In this document: piece after piece, positions 30,325-39,865 of the stretch
How the letters are laid out: each line of letters starts with the position of its first letter
Position numbering within the stretch: the stretch's first letter is position 1
Virus record (IMG/VR): IMGVR_UViG_3300033388_006651
Location: 1-64,000 of that record
Length of the DNA: 64,000 bases
Reading direction: 5' to 3' (one strand)
Source of the DNA: a virus
Made by a program: the position numbers and the translations under genes
The notes under the pieces: model-generated
Database searches by the model: none
Seen by the model: the letters and a program-made list of their open reading frames with translations, nothing else
What the model was told of the DNA's origin: nothing

Positions 30325-30359
30325 AAGGGCCCGACTCACAAGGTCGGGCCCTTTTTTTT
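30325..30359 (+). terminator. Rho-independent terminator
   Basis: AAGGGCCCGAC-TCACAAG-GTCGGGCCCTT stem running into a T8 tract. Confidence 0.9.
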
Positions 30360-30434
30360 GCCTTGGATTCAGGTCGTGACGATTACTAGGCTATGACCTG
30401 CGTAGAATGAGGGGAACTTCCCCTTCTTTGTGCT

Positions 30435-32063
30435 GTGAGACGACGAAAGAAACAACCTATCCGGGTGACTCAGGGCCTTGCGGCCAGGCGCCGTATGCTG
30501 GCTGGGGTGGCTGAGATGACCCGAGTGGTCGCCGCTACCTACGGACCCCGAGGGCGCACCGTGATGCTGGATCGAGCCGGCGGTGTTCTTTCCACGAAAG
30601 ACGGGGTGTCTGTCGCGTGGGAAATCGAGCCGGCAGACCCGCTCGCACGGCTGGGAACCCGCCTCCTCCAAGAAGCCTGCGACAAGGTCAACAAAGCATG
30701 TGGGGATGGCACGACGACCACTGCGATTTTGGTTCATGCGATCCTCCGACAGAGCCTCAAGTACGTGGCCGCCGGAGAGCACCCAGCTCGGCTTGCCCAG
30801 CACCTTCAACGGATTGCCCAGAGTTTCGAGCACTCCGAGTTATGGGACGTGATGTGCCCCGTTCCCGTCGATAGCGAGCTGCTGATGCGGCAAGTCGCTT
30901 TGACTGCCAGCAACGGAGACGAGGAGATCGCCGACGCCCTTGTGGATGCGTTCGGCCGTGTGGGGTCCGAAGGCATCATCGTGGTCGAGGAGGGGAAGAG
31001 CCGGGGGATCGAGCTCGATCACAAGACCGGGATGGAGATCGAGAAGGGGTGGGAGAGCAGCGATCTCTCTGGCCCTGACGGGGGACCTCGTCACATGGAC
31101 GTGCCGCTGGTTGCGTTGATCGATGCGGAGCTCACGACCTTGAAAGATGTGAGCTCCATCTTGGAGCAGGCTAGTCAGTTCCCGCACCCCCTCATCATCG
31201 TGTCGCGTGGGTGCTTCGCTGACGCGCTCAAGGTGTTGATCGCCAACGACCGGAAACTCGAGCGTGGTGACGGGGGCAAGTTCGAGGTGATCGCTGTTCG
31301 ATGTCCGGGCCATATCGATTTCATGCGTTCCCACCTGGACGACTTGGCTGCGCTCACCGGGGCGACCGTGCTCGACCCTTTGGTGACGCCTCTCGACAAG
31401 TTCACGTCGGAGATGTTGGGGTCGGCCCAGACGGCGACGGTGAAGAAGGAGTCCGCGACGTTTGTGGCGTTCGAGGACAAGTTCCCGCTCATCGAAGCAC
31501 GCGTCGAACAGCTTCAAAAAGAGGACACCGGGTTCAGTCACGACGCCGAAGAAATCCGCACGAGGATCGCAAAGCTGACTGACGGGTTTTGCGTAATGCG
31601 AGTCGGTGGGTGGTCCGAAACGGAACTTCGTGAAAAGCGAGCGAGGATCGAGGACGCGCTGGAGGCCCTTCGTGTGGCCATCGACGAAGGCATCGTTCCC
31701 GGTGCCGGGGTGGCGTACTTGGCGCTCTCGAACTTCCTGGAATTCGCCACGGATGGGCCCGCATCGAAGATACTCCAGGACGCGCTCAGGGAGCCTCTCA
31801 GGACGTTGGCCCGGAATGCGGGCAAGGAGGCACCCGTCGTCCTGCAACGCGTCCTGGAGGCGTCTCAGGAGCCTGGAACTACCAAGGCACTGGCCTCCTG
31901 GGAGGCTGGATGGGATGCCCGCACTGACACTGTGCGGGACCTCCGCGATCTCCCCGTCATCTGTGACCCTTTGGCGGTGGTGAAGGCCACCGTGCTCACG
32001 GCGATTTCGACCGCCTCAACCCTGCTGACCGCCGAGGTTGTGATCACGCGGGTAAACTCGTGA
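30435..32063 (+). CDS. groEL: Phage-encoded GroEL/Cpn60-like chaperonin
   Basis: Motifs TYGPRGR, TKDGVSVA, GDGTTT, VEEGK, RVGG..E.E..EK..RIEDAL, EGIVPGAG and DPLAV...TAEVVI. No GGM tail. Confidence 0.9.
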   Translation: MRRRKKQPIRVTQGLAARRRMLAGVAEMTRVVAATYGPRGRTVMLDRAGGVLSTKDGVSVAWEIEPADPLARLGTRLLQEACDKVNKACGDGTTTTAILVHAILRQSLKYVAAGEHPARLAQHLQRIAQSFEHSELWDVMCPVPVDSELLMRQVALTASNGDEEIADALVDAFGRVGSEGIIVVEEGKSRGIELDHKTGMEIEKGWESSDLSGPDGGPRHMDVPLVALIDAELTTLKDVSSILEQASQFPHPLIIVSRGCFADALKVLIANDRKLERGDGGKFEVIAVRCPGHIDFMRSHLDDLAALTGATVLDPLVTPLDKFTSEMLGSAQTATVKKESATFVAFEDKFPLIEARVEQLQKEDTGFSHDAEEIRTRIAKLTDGFCVMRVGGWSETELREKRARIEDALEALRVAIDEGIVPGAGVAYLALSNFLEFATDGPASKILQDALREPLRTLARNAGKEAPVVLQRVLEASQEPGTTKALASWEAGWDARTDTVRDLRDLPVICDPLAVVKATVLTAISTASTLLTAEVVITRVNS

Positions 32064-32070
32064 AAAGCTC

Positions 32071-32892
32071 ATGCGCTATCAACTGATCCAACACAAGAAT
32101 GGCGTGTACACGCCGGACACCGTGGACGCCCTGCGGACGCTCGAGCAGCGTGTTGCCAAACTCAGCACGAGTCTCGTCGTTGAAGGTCGTCCACAGCCGA
32201 CGATGGGGTGGGGACAGGTTCGAGAGGACCCAGGGCCGACGGGGCTCCCTCCCGAGTGGAGCGCGGTTTCGACGGGGCGTGAAGTTTACATGCGCCTGGA
32301 GATGAACAAGGACGAAGGCTCCGAGGCAACGCGGCGTGAGCGTGAATTGGCGATGCTGTGGGGGCTCACGGTGCCGTTGGGGTTCACTCCGTACACGCGC
32401 TACCCGTTACCAGGGCCCCACGATCAGGTGTTTCACTTCTTCGGAGAGTGGACCACGATGATGGACCAGCTCCTGGGGGCCGGTCGTGGTGAGGCTGCGT
32501 GGCCGGGTTTTTGTGCTGCTGCACAACTTGACGTAGGAAAGTGGGAAGGCGGGCGCGGGACCGAGCGGCTCGTCCAAACTCACCTGCACCGGATCGGTTA
32601 CAACGTCGGCGCGATCGACGGCATCGTAGGGAACAAGACCCAAGGTGCGCTGAGGGCGGCTGGGATGCACTCCTTGGAAATGACCGAAGTGGCCAAGCAG
32701 ATCGTGAAAATGGTGCCGCACGTTCCAACGATCCTCGAAAAGGATGTGCAGGGTCGTTTGGAGATGCCTGACGTTGATTGGTCTATACATCCCTATGGAC
32801 AGGTACGCACGACGCGAACTGTTCGAGGGGCCGATTTTCACATCTCCGGTCCCGGCCGTGTCGTCATCGACGTTCGGGACCCTCCTACATGA
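32071..32892 (+). CDS. Protein with a peptidoglycan-binding (PG_binding_1-like) domain
   Basis: VQTHLHRIGYNVGAIDGIVGNKTQGALR. Confidence 0.65.
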   Translation: MRYQLIQHKNGVYTPDTVDALRTLEQRVAKLSTSLVVEGRPQPTMGWGQVREDPGPTGLPPEWSAVSTGREVYMRLEMNKDEGSEATRRERELAMLWGLTVPLGFTPYTRYPLPGPHDQVFHFFGEWTTMMDQLLGAGRGEAAWPGFCAAAQLDVGKWEGGRGTERLVQTHLHRIGYNVGAIDGIVGNKTQGALRAAGMHSLEMTEVAKQIVKMVPHVPTILEKDVQGRLEMPDVDWSIHPYGQVRTTRTVRGADFHISGPGRVVIDVRDPPT

Positions 32893-33575
32893 CTCTTTCC
32901 ACGCTCAGCCCGAATCACGAGAAGGTCGCCTGGGCGTGGCTCGACAACCTGGTGGACAGGGCCCAGCGGGGCCAGAAGCGTCCGCCCACACAAACGGTCC
33001 CTGCGGATCTTCCGCCTGCGGTCAAAATGACGCCGCGCGCACGGGAGCAGTCCGTCCAGGATGCGTACGACGCGACGTTGAAGGTCCTCATCGCGACCAT
33101 CAAGTCGGAGATCGGTGGCATCCAGAGGGCTGAGGCCCAGTTCGCACGCCGAGCTGGCGTAGATCCGCTGTACTTCAACTGGTTCCTCATCAACGGGAAA
33201 CATTGGCCCTCGATGTCGAGAGACGCGAACCGGGCTCTTCGAGCGATCCAGAACATCTACCTGTGGTACGGCGCGGTGCCGAGCCACTGGAACAACATGC
33301 AGATCCCTGAGATGGCTCAGAGCCGTGATCGGGATCGTGAATTTAAAGTTTTCGGCAAATGGTTTTTGCAGTCGGTCATCCCGAAAATCGAACGCAAGTA
33401 CGTTCGTGAAATTTACAAACAGTCGCAGGATTTGGTGAAACAGTTCCGAGGCCAGGGCACCCCGCGTGATCCCAAAGCTGCGATCATGTTGATGCGGGAT
33501 TTCGAGAAACGTCTCGTTGCGGATCGCTTCCAACTCAAGCCCGCGGTTCAAGAAGTCGTCGATCTCTTTTCGTGA
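32889..33575 (+). CDS. Hypothetical protein
   Basis: ATGA overlap at 32889, in frame with ORF 32778..33575. Confidence 0.6.
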   Translation: MTLSTLSPNHEKVAWAWLDNLVDRAQRGQKRPPTQTVPADLPPAVKMTPRAREQSVQDAYDATLKVLIATIKSEIGGIQRAEAQFARRAGVDPLYFNWFLINGKHWPSMSRDANRALRAIQNIYLWYGAVPSHWNNMQIPEMAQSRDRDREFKVFGKWFLQSVIPKIERKYVREIYKQSQDLVKQFRGQGTPRDPKAAIMLMRDFEKRLVADRFQLKPAVQEVVDLFS

Positions 33576-33591
33576 GGCGTATAAGTGGGGA

Positions 33592-36500
33592 ATGGATCTG
33601 GACCCGCGCCTCAAGGCAGCTCATGAGCGGCTGAAAGAGATTCGTAACGAAACGAAACTCACCCTCAAGCCAACCCCTTTGCTCAAGACGACCTTCACCG
33701 GGTTCGACGGCGAAGAGCACCCTTTCAACCTGCGGTACTACCAGGTGCAGGGTGTCCTCCACCTGGTGGCGATGAACCGGTTCCTGCTCGGCGACGACAC
33801 CGGCATCGGCAAGTGCGTCGCCCATGACACCCGGATTTTGACCGATCAAGGACTGGTCCCCATCCAGGACCTGTGGGCGGAAGGTCCCTGTGATCTCGAC
33901 AACCACCCCGAACCGGGCACGTTTGTGCCCGCAACGGACCACAAGGTTTGGACAGGCGCGCGGTGGGCGAAGATCAAGTCCTTTTACTATGACGGTGATC
34001 GGCCCACCAAGTACGTCGAGACCCGATACGGGTTCACGGTTGAAGGATCGCATCGCCATCCCATTCTGGTTCGCACGGAAGCAGGAGAAGAATGGCGGCG
34101 CCTTCCTGAAATTCAGGAAGGCGATTACGTTGTCGTCGAACGCCGCAAAGTGCGATGGCCTCAAGAAGCACCGGACCTGACATGGGAGCCCAGTCGAGCA
34201 CCGAACGCCAAGACGTACCCCCTCCCCGCCACACTGACTCCTCGTTACGCGCGATTGCTGGGTTACTTTGTGGCCGAAGGGAACTCCGCTAACCAGTACG
34301 GGTTTACCATCACGCAATACGACACCGAAATTCATGAAGACATCCGGGGGTGTTTGAAAGACGTGTTTGGCTGGGAGGGGAACGAAAACCGCGCCAACCG
34401 AAACGAGGAAATCGTGGTGTCGAGTGTGGTGCTTCGGGATTTTTTGGAGTTCTCCGGGGCAAAACATGTCACCTCGGAAGCCAAGCGGATCCCCTGGTCC
34501 GTCATGCAGGGAACCCAGGACTGTGCCGTGGAATTTCTACGAGGGTTGTTTGAAGGCGATGGGCATGCGCTCGCCATTGGGGGGATCGAATACACCTCCA
34601 AGTCTTTGCAATTAGTACGGGATATCCAGGCCCTTCTGCTTCGATTTGAAATTGTTTCACGAATAGCTGAGAAGGTGATTGATGATGAGTCCTACTGGCG
34701 TATGACCCTTCTTGGTGATGATGGCAGGGTGTTTCGCGATGGCATTGGATTCGTTTCGCGCCGCAAGACCGCTGATCTGCAAGTTGGTCTCGACAAACCC
34801 AGCAACACGAACCACGACATCATCCCTCATGTTGCCCATCTGGTTGGGCCGCTTTACGGAGCCCTGAAAGAAGCAACGCACGTTGGCGGCCCAAACGGGG
34901 CTCGCCAGGGGTCCGGGATCAAGCAGTTTGGAGACAGTTTCCGTAACTCCATCCAGCACGTTTTGGCGGGGCGTCGGAACCTCACGTATCCCAAGCTGCA
35001 AGAGCTTTTGAGCCATGCCGCCGATTTCAATCTCGAGGCCCTCCCAGAGTTCGTAGAGCTTCACCGCATCTCCCAGGACCATCATTTCTACGACCCCGTG
35101 ACATACCTTGACGATGGGGTGTGTCCGCTAATGGACCTGGAGATCGACGCGGAAGAGCACTCGTTCGTCGGCAACGGCATCGTCAACCACAACACGATTC
35201 AAAGTATCGCGGCCCTATGTTTCGTGTGGGCCAAGGACCCGAACATGAAGGCCGTCATCCTCACCAACAAGTCGGTGGTGGGTCAGTGGGCGCTCGAGTT
35301 CGACAAGTTCTGCACGCCGGACAACATCAACGTGATCACCTGCGTGGGCTCACCCACCAAGCGCGAGAAGATCTACAAGGAGTTCGAGGCGTCCACCGGG
35401 CCGACCGTCCTCATCATGGGGTACGCGACCTCTCGTCGGGACATCAAGTTTCTCCAGCACTGGAAGGACTTCGTCCTGATCTGCGACGAGGCCACTGCGT
35501 TCAAGAACCCATCCACGCAGACCTACAAAGTCATCCGTCACCTGTCCCGCAATGCGAGTCGGTTTTGGGCGCTCACCGCGACACTGATCAAGAACAATCT
35601 CATCGAGGGGTTCGCCATCTACTCGCTCCTCATTCCCGGCTTGTTCCCGAGCTCGAAGAACAAGTTCATGATGGAGTACTGCCTCACGCGGTTGCAGCCC
35701 ATCCCGGGTAGTCGCCGACAGATTCCGGTCATCATCGGATACCGCAGCGACCAGATCAAACGGTTCAAGGACAAGATCGATCCGTACTTCCTGTCGCGCG
35801 CCAAGTTCGACGTGGCCAAAGAGCTGCCCGTGCTCCAGATCAAGCAGCACAAGTGCGGCATGACTCGGGCCCAGCAGGCCAAGTACCAGGAGGCCCTCGA
35901 AGGGTTGCTGGAGAAGGACCTCTTGGACGAGGAGGTCGAGACCACGAAGCTCACCGCGCTGATCTACTGCCAGCAAATCGTGGACCATCCTGAGCTTGTT
36001 GACTGCGAAGGCGACAGCGACAAGATGAACGAGCTTTTCACGTTGTTGACCGAGGGGGATCTCGCAGACGAGAAGGTCATCGTGTTCAGCCGGTTCCGCA
36101 AAATGATCGACAAGCTCGAGGAAGTTGCGAGTTCCAAGAAGTACAAGATGAAAACCGTTCGGGTCACCGGGGCCGAAAACGAGGACGAGCGCAAAGCTGC
36201 GATGCAGGCGTTCCAGGACCCGAACTCCGATGTGCGCATCTGCTGGATCACGGAAGCGGCCAAGGAGGGCATCAATCTCCAGGCTGCCAAGGCCCTCGTG
36301 TTCTACGACAGCCCATGGTCTGCGGGAGACTACCTCCAATGTCTTGATGACGACACCGAGATTTTAACCCGGAGGGGGTTCGTGGGGCGCACAGAGATCC
36401 GAAAAGAGGACGAGGTCGCGGCTTTCAACCAGAACACTTCTGAGATTCGGTGGCAAGCCATTCGATCCATTACAGATCGTCCTTTGGCGCAGGGGGAGCA

Positions 36501-37650
36501 GATGTTCGAGATTAACTCTCGGCACCTGAATCTTCGCGTAACAGGGGGACACCGCATGCTTTACAGACGGAAGACACTCAAGGACAAGAAAGCCGTGTGG
36601 CCGGAAGCCTGGAGGATCGAGACTGCTGAGGAGATGGCCTCGGAGAGGTCTCACTACCAAGTTCCAGTCTCGGGTGAGCAGGAGGCCGAAGGACTCCCCC
36701 TTACTGAAGACCAACTTGAGTTTATCGGGTGGGTTCTATCAGATGGATCGCTTAACAAAGCGAACCGGCAACTCGTCATTGCGCAGGCCGTGCATCAGCC
36801 CCAAATTCACGATCTTCGTCATTGTATCCAGAAATGCGGTTTTGACTGGAGCGAGTATGACCGAGACCCTGAAAAGTGTGGGGGATTTCCGAATGGAAAA
36901 CCTCAGATCGTGTTCTCCATCCCGAAAGGCACTCAGGGAGGATCCCGTGCTCGTAACGGGTGGAAAGATCTCGAACCCTACCTGGACAAGGATTTCCCTC
37001 TCCTGTTGGAGAAAGCCACAAACCATCAACTTGCGGCCATGCTTCGAGGACTGCACCTTGGAGATGGCGCCAAATATCGCGGATCAGATTGGACGCAAAG
37101 GTCGTACCACATCTACACAAGTAGAAAGATCTTCGCGGACAGGCTGCAAAGCCTATGCGTGCGGCGAGGCTTCCGATGCAACGTGAGGCACGAAAAAGGA
37201 GGGCCGGGAAAAGCCCGTGAGAAGGACGGGTTTCATCTCCACATCAAGAAAACTAGTTCTTGGTCCCTTTGTGGCAACCTGAAACATGGTGACCGTTCTC
37301 ATCTGACTATTTCCCAAAGTAAACCAGAGGAACGCGTGTGGTGCGTCGAGAATGACATGGGGACCCTGGTCACTCGTCGTGCTGGGAAGGTGGCGGTCGT
37401 TGGAAATTGCTTGGGCCGCATGATCCGCATTGGATCGACACACGACCGCTGTTACGCGATCCACCTCGTAGCCAAGGGCACGATCGACACCAAGGTCATG
37501 GGCGTTCTGCGCACCAAGATGAAGCTCATCGAAGCCGTGATGGGCAAGCGCCTCAAGGGCGAAGGGATGGAGGACGTGGTGGTGTCATCCGACAACAGCA
37601 TCGACGACATTTTCTCGGCCCTCCAGGCGGACGCAAGGAAATACGCATGA
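33592..37650 (+). CDS. SNF2-family (SF2) helicase interrupted by two inteins
   Basis: Motifs LRYYQ, GDDTGIGK|T, CDEA, LTAT, EKVIVFS, EGINLQ and Q|CLGRMIRIG. The ATG at 33592 follows GGGGA. Confidence 0.9.
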   Translation: MDLDPRLKAAHERLKEIRNETKLTLKPTPLLKTTFTGFDGEEHPFNLRYYQVQGVLHLVAMNRFLLGDDTGIGKCVAHDTRILTDQGLVPIQDLWAEGPCDLDNHPEPGTFVPATDHKVWTGARWAKIKSFYYDGDRPTKYVETRYGFTVEGSHRHPILVRTEAGEEWRRLPEIQEGDYVVVERRKVRWPQEAPDLTWEPSRAPNAKTYPLPATLTPRYARLLGYFVAEGNSANQYGFTITQYDTEIHEDIRGCLKDVFGWEGNENRANRNEEIVVSSVVLRDFLEFSGAKHVTSEAKRIPWSVMQGTQDCAVEFLRGLFEGDGHALAIGGIEYTSKSLQLVRDIQALLLRFEIVSRIAEKVIDDESYWRMTLLGDDGRVFRDGIGFVSRRKTADLQVGLDKPSNTNHDIIPHVAHLVGPLYGALKEATHVGGPNGARQGSGIKQFGDSFRNSIQHVLAGRRNLTYPKLQELLSHAADFNLEALPEFVELHRISQDHHFYDPVTYLDDGVCPLMDLEIDAEEHSFVGNGIVNHNTIQSIAALCFVWAKDPNMKAVILTNKSVVGQWALEFDKFCTPDNINVITCVGSPTKREKIYKEFEASTGPTVLIMGYATSRRDIKFLQHWKDFVLICDEATAFKNPSTQTYKVIRHLSRNASRFWALTATLIKNNLIEGFAIYSLLIPGLFPSSKNKFMMEYCLTRLQPIPGSRRQIPVIIGYRSDQIKRFKDKIDPYFLSRAKFDVAKELPVLQIKQHKCGMTRAQQAKYQEALEGLLEKDLLDEEVETTKLTALIYCQQIVDHPELVDCEGDSDKMNELFTLLTEGDLADEKVIVFSRFRKMIDKLEEVASSKKYKMKTVRVTGAENEDERKAAMQAFQDPNSDVRICWITEAAKEGINLQAAKALVFYDSPWSAGDYLQCLDDDTEILTRRGFVGRTEIRKEDEVAAFNQNTSEIRWQAIRSITDRPLAQGEQMFEINSRHLNLRVTGGHRMLYRRKTLKDKKAVWPEAWRIETAEEMASERSHYQVPVSGEQEAEGLPLTEDQLEFIGWVLSDGSLNKANRQLVIAQAVHQPQIHDLRHCIQKCGFDWSEYDRDPEKCGGFPNGKPQIVFSIPKGTQGGSRARNGWKDLEPYLDKDFPLLLEKATNHQLAAMLRGLHLGDGAKYRGSDWTQRSYHIYTSRKIFADRLQSLCVRRGFRCNVRHEKGGPGKAREKDGFHLHIKKTSSWSLCGNLKHGDRSHLTISQSKPEERVWCVENDMGTLVTRRAGKVAVVGNCLGRMIRIGSTHDRCYAIHLVAKGTIDTKVMGVLRTKMKLIEAVMGKRLKGEGMEDVVVSSDNSIDDIFSALQADARKYA
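33814..35193 (+). mobile_element. Intein with LAGLIDADG endonuclease in the Walker A motif of the SNF2 helicase (460 aa)
   Basis: Starts CVAHDTRIL and ends GNGIVNHN followed by Thr. Internal LLGYFVAEG and FLRGLFEGDG motifs. Confidence 0.9.
36340..37407 (+). mobile_element. Intein in helicase motif VI of the SNF2 helicase (356 aa)
   Basis: Starts CLDDDTEILT and ends VWCVENDMGTLVTRRAGKVAVVGN followed by Cys. Internal FIGWVLSDG and LRGLHLGDG motifs. Confidence 0.88.
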
Positions 37651-38804
37651 TCGATCCCGTGACTGTCCGGCGTCCCCTCGGAGACAACGCGTCTACCGCA
37701 ACGCTCTACTACGGGGCCGACTGTCGAGAGACTCTGCGAGGGATCCCTGAGAAGTCCGTCCATACCGTTGTCACGTCGCCCCCGTACTTCGGTCTACGGG
37801 ACTACGGGACCGGTGATGCGCAGATCGGTCTCGAGAAAACACCACAGGCTTTCGTGGCCCAGCTCGTTGAAGTGTTCCGTGAAGTTCGACGCGTACTTCG
37901 TGACGACGGCACTCTGTGGCTCAACCTGGGAGACAGCTACGCCAACGACACGAAATGGGGAGGCAGTAGCGGGGGCAAGCACGCCGCCGGGCTTCACGGT
38001 GCTACTGGCGTGGGACGAGGGAAGCGCCACACGGGGCTCAAGAGCAAGGATCTGATCGGCATTCCTTGGATGGTGGCGTTCGCTTTGAGAGCAGACGGCT
38101 GGTACCTGCGCAGTGACATCATCTGGTCCAAGAGCTCGTGCATGCCCGAGAGCGTGAAAGACCGCCCAACGAAAGCACATGAGTATCTGTTCCTGCTGTC
38201 CAAACAGCCCAAGTACTTCTACGATTCGGATGCTATCCGGGTGCCGGTGGCGAACCCAAAAGCGGTCGCGCACGGTCTTGGTTCTGTCGAAGCGTGGTCG
38301 GCTACACGCAACAACGCTTACGGCTTAGGAGACGCGTCGAAGGGTCAGCCGAAGGGACATGCGGGCACGCACAAGTCTGGCAAGAACAAACGCTCGGTGT
38401 GGAACGTGAACCCCAAGCCGTACCCGGGGGCGCACTTCGCCGTGTTCCCGCCTGAGCTGATCAAGCCGTGTATTTTGGCGGGCACTTCGGCAAAAGGCTG
38501 CTGCCCTGACTGTGGAAATCCCTGGGAGCGGACGGGATCGCGGGGGAAAGACGCGGTTACGTGGCGCCCCACCTGTGAGTGTGATGCAGGGGACCCAGTT
38601 GGGTGTACGGTTCTGGACCCTTTCAGCGGAAGCGCCACCACCGGATTCGTGGCCCTGAACCATGGCCGGGACTACGTCGGCCTGGATCTGAGTGATGAAT
38701 ACCGGGCTCTTGCCGAGGCCCGTCTTCTCGGTGAACGTCCGCCAAAAGAAGATGAAAATGGCGACGACGGGATCTTGGAGTTCTTCGGGGTAGAAGATTC
38801 GTGA
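37647..38804 (+). CDS. Beta-class DNA amino-methyltransferase (SPPY, likely N4-cytosine)
   Basis: ATGA overlap at 37647. Motifs TSPPYF, RVLRDDG, HFAVFP and VLDPFSGSATTG, with a CxxC...CxC insertion. Confidence 0.88.
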   Translation: MIDPVTVRRPLGDNASTATLYYGADCRETLRGIPEKSVHTVVTSPPYFGLRDYGTGDAQIGLEKTPQAFVAQLVEVFREVRRVLRDDGTLWLNLGDSYANDTKWGGSSGGKHAAGLHGATGVGRGKRHTGLKSKDLIGIPWMVAFALRADGWYLRSDIIWSKSSCMPESVKDRPTKAHEYLFLLSKQPKYFYDSDAIRVPVANPKAVAHGLGSVEAWSATRNNAYGLGDASKGQPKGHAGTHKSGKNKRSVWNVNPKPYPGAHFAVFPPELIKPCILAGTSAKGCCPDCGNPWERTGSRGKDAVTWRPTCECDAGDPVGCTVLDPFSGSATTGFVALNHGRDYVGLDLSDEYRALAEARLLGERPPKEDENGDDGILEFFGVEDS

Positions 38805-39865
38805 GCCGAGAGTACGCCGATCCCGACTGCCCGGACTGCCGGGGGGAGGGGTTCATCTACGGAGCGTCCATGCTCGATGGGGGTCATTGCTGCCACTGCA
38901 TGATGGATGCGCTGAAACTCCAGAACATGGACAAAGTGTGGCCGTCCTTGGCGGCATCGAAGGAGTTTACGGACCTGCGTCTGAATCCTCCGTTGGCCAA
39001 ATTCCTGAACCACAGTATTTGGATCACAGGAAGAGAATCGTATTTTCGAGCGCACCTCAAAGCCGTGGCTTTCGTCCAGGACACCATGTGGGATGCGAGA
39101 GTGATCACGGACCTTGATCTGCTCGACGCATGGCTCAAGACCGCGAAAGCGCAGGGACACAAAATTTACGATTCGGAGATCGACAATCATGACCACCGGT
39201 TCGTTGCCATGGATGTTTCCGAGCTCGTTGAAACGTTCGGCCTTGTGATTTTGAAGCTCGGGGTGAAGCAAGCCCCAAACAAGGAGACGCACAGCGTCAT
39301 CCTTGAAGCCCTCGCCGTTCGTCGGCATTTGGGACTTCCGACGTGGATCGTGGACCAACCTGACCAACGCATCGACGACATGACCCACCGCGGTTACAGC
39401 GACATCCTTGAGGGGATGCTCGGTCACTGGCCACACCTTGCTTTGGTAGGCCCCAACATCAAGTTGATCGCTGGGGAACCGCCGCGAGGTGAGCCAGAAG
39501 TTGTTTCGGATGTGAGTGTGGATGACCTTTTGGAAACTGCACTTAGTGCCGACGACGAGGGTGGTGAAGACACCGAGGGCGACGGCGAAGACACCGAGGA
39601 CGCTGAGGACGGCGAAGACACCGAGGATGCTGAGGATGCTGAGGATGCTGAGGATGCTGAGGATGCTGAGGATGCTGAGGATGCTGAGGATGCTGAGGAT
39701 GCTGAGGACGAAGAGGAGGTCGAAGAAGAAGAAGAAGACGACGATGAAGAGGAGACCGAAAACTCGATGATCGCGGCCCTTCAAGCCAACGAGGAGCGGG
39801 CTGCTGAAAAAGAGCGGTACAAGCCCAAGAAGAAAAAGAAGAGTAGCTGGGGGCGCAAGAAATGA
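38801..39865 (+). CDS. Zn-binding protein, possibly a degenerate DnaC/IstB-like helicase loader, with an acidic tail
   Basis: CPDC...CHC N-terminus and SIWITG without GKT. Immediately upstream of the DnaB-like gene. Confidence 0.45.
   Translation: MSREYADPDCPDCRGEGFIYGASMLDGGHCCHCMMDALKLQNMDKVWPSLAASKEFTDLRLNPPLAKFLNHSIWITGRESYFRAHLKAVAFVQDTMWDARVITDLDLLDAWLKTAKAQGHKIYDSEIDNHDHRFVAMDVSELVETFGLVILKLGVKQAPNKETHSVILEALAVRRHLGLPTWIVDQPDQRIDDMTHRGYSDILEGMLGHWPHLALVGPNIKLIAGEPPRGEPEVVSDVSVDDLLETALSADDEGGEDTEGDGEDTEDAEDGEDTEDAEDAEDAEDAEDAEDAEDAEDAEDAEDEEEVEEEEEDDDEEETENSMIAALQANEERAAEKERYKPKKKKKSSWGRKK
39623..39703 (+). repeat. Perfect 9-nt tandem repeat (GAGGATGCT)x9 encoding (EDA)9
   Basis: Counted directly in the sequence. 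Confidence 0.95.

Noticed and set aside
30369-30424. CIRCE element or RNA thermometer upstream of groEL
   Set aside because: There is no TTAGCACTC-N9-GAGTGCTAA match, and the inverted repeat is too far from the plausible start codons to be a clear SD-occluding thermometer.
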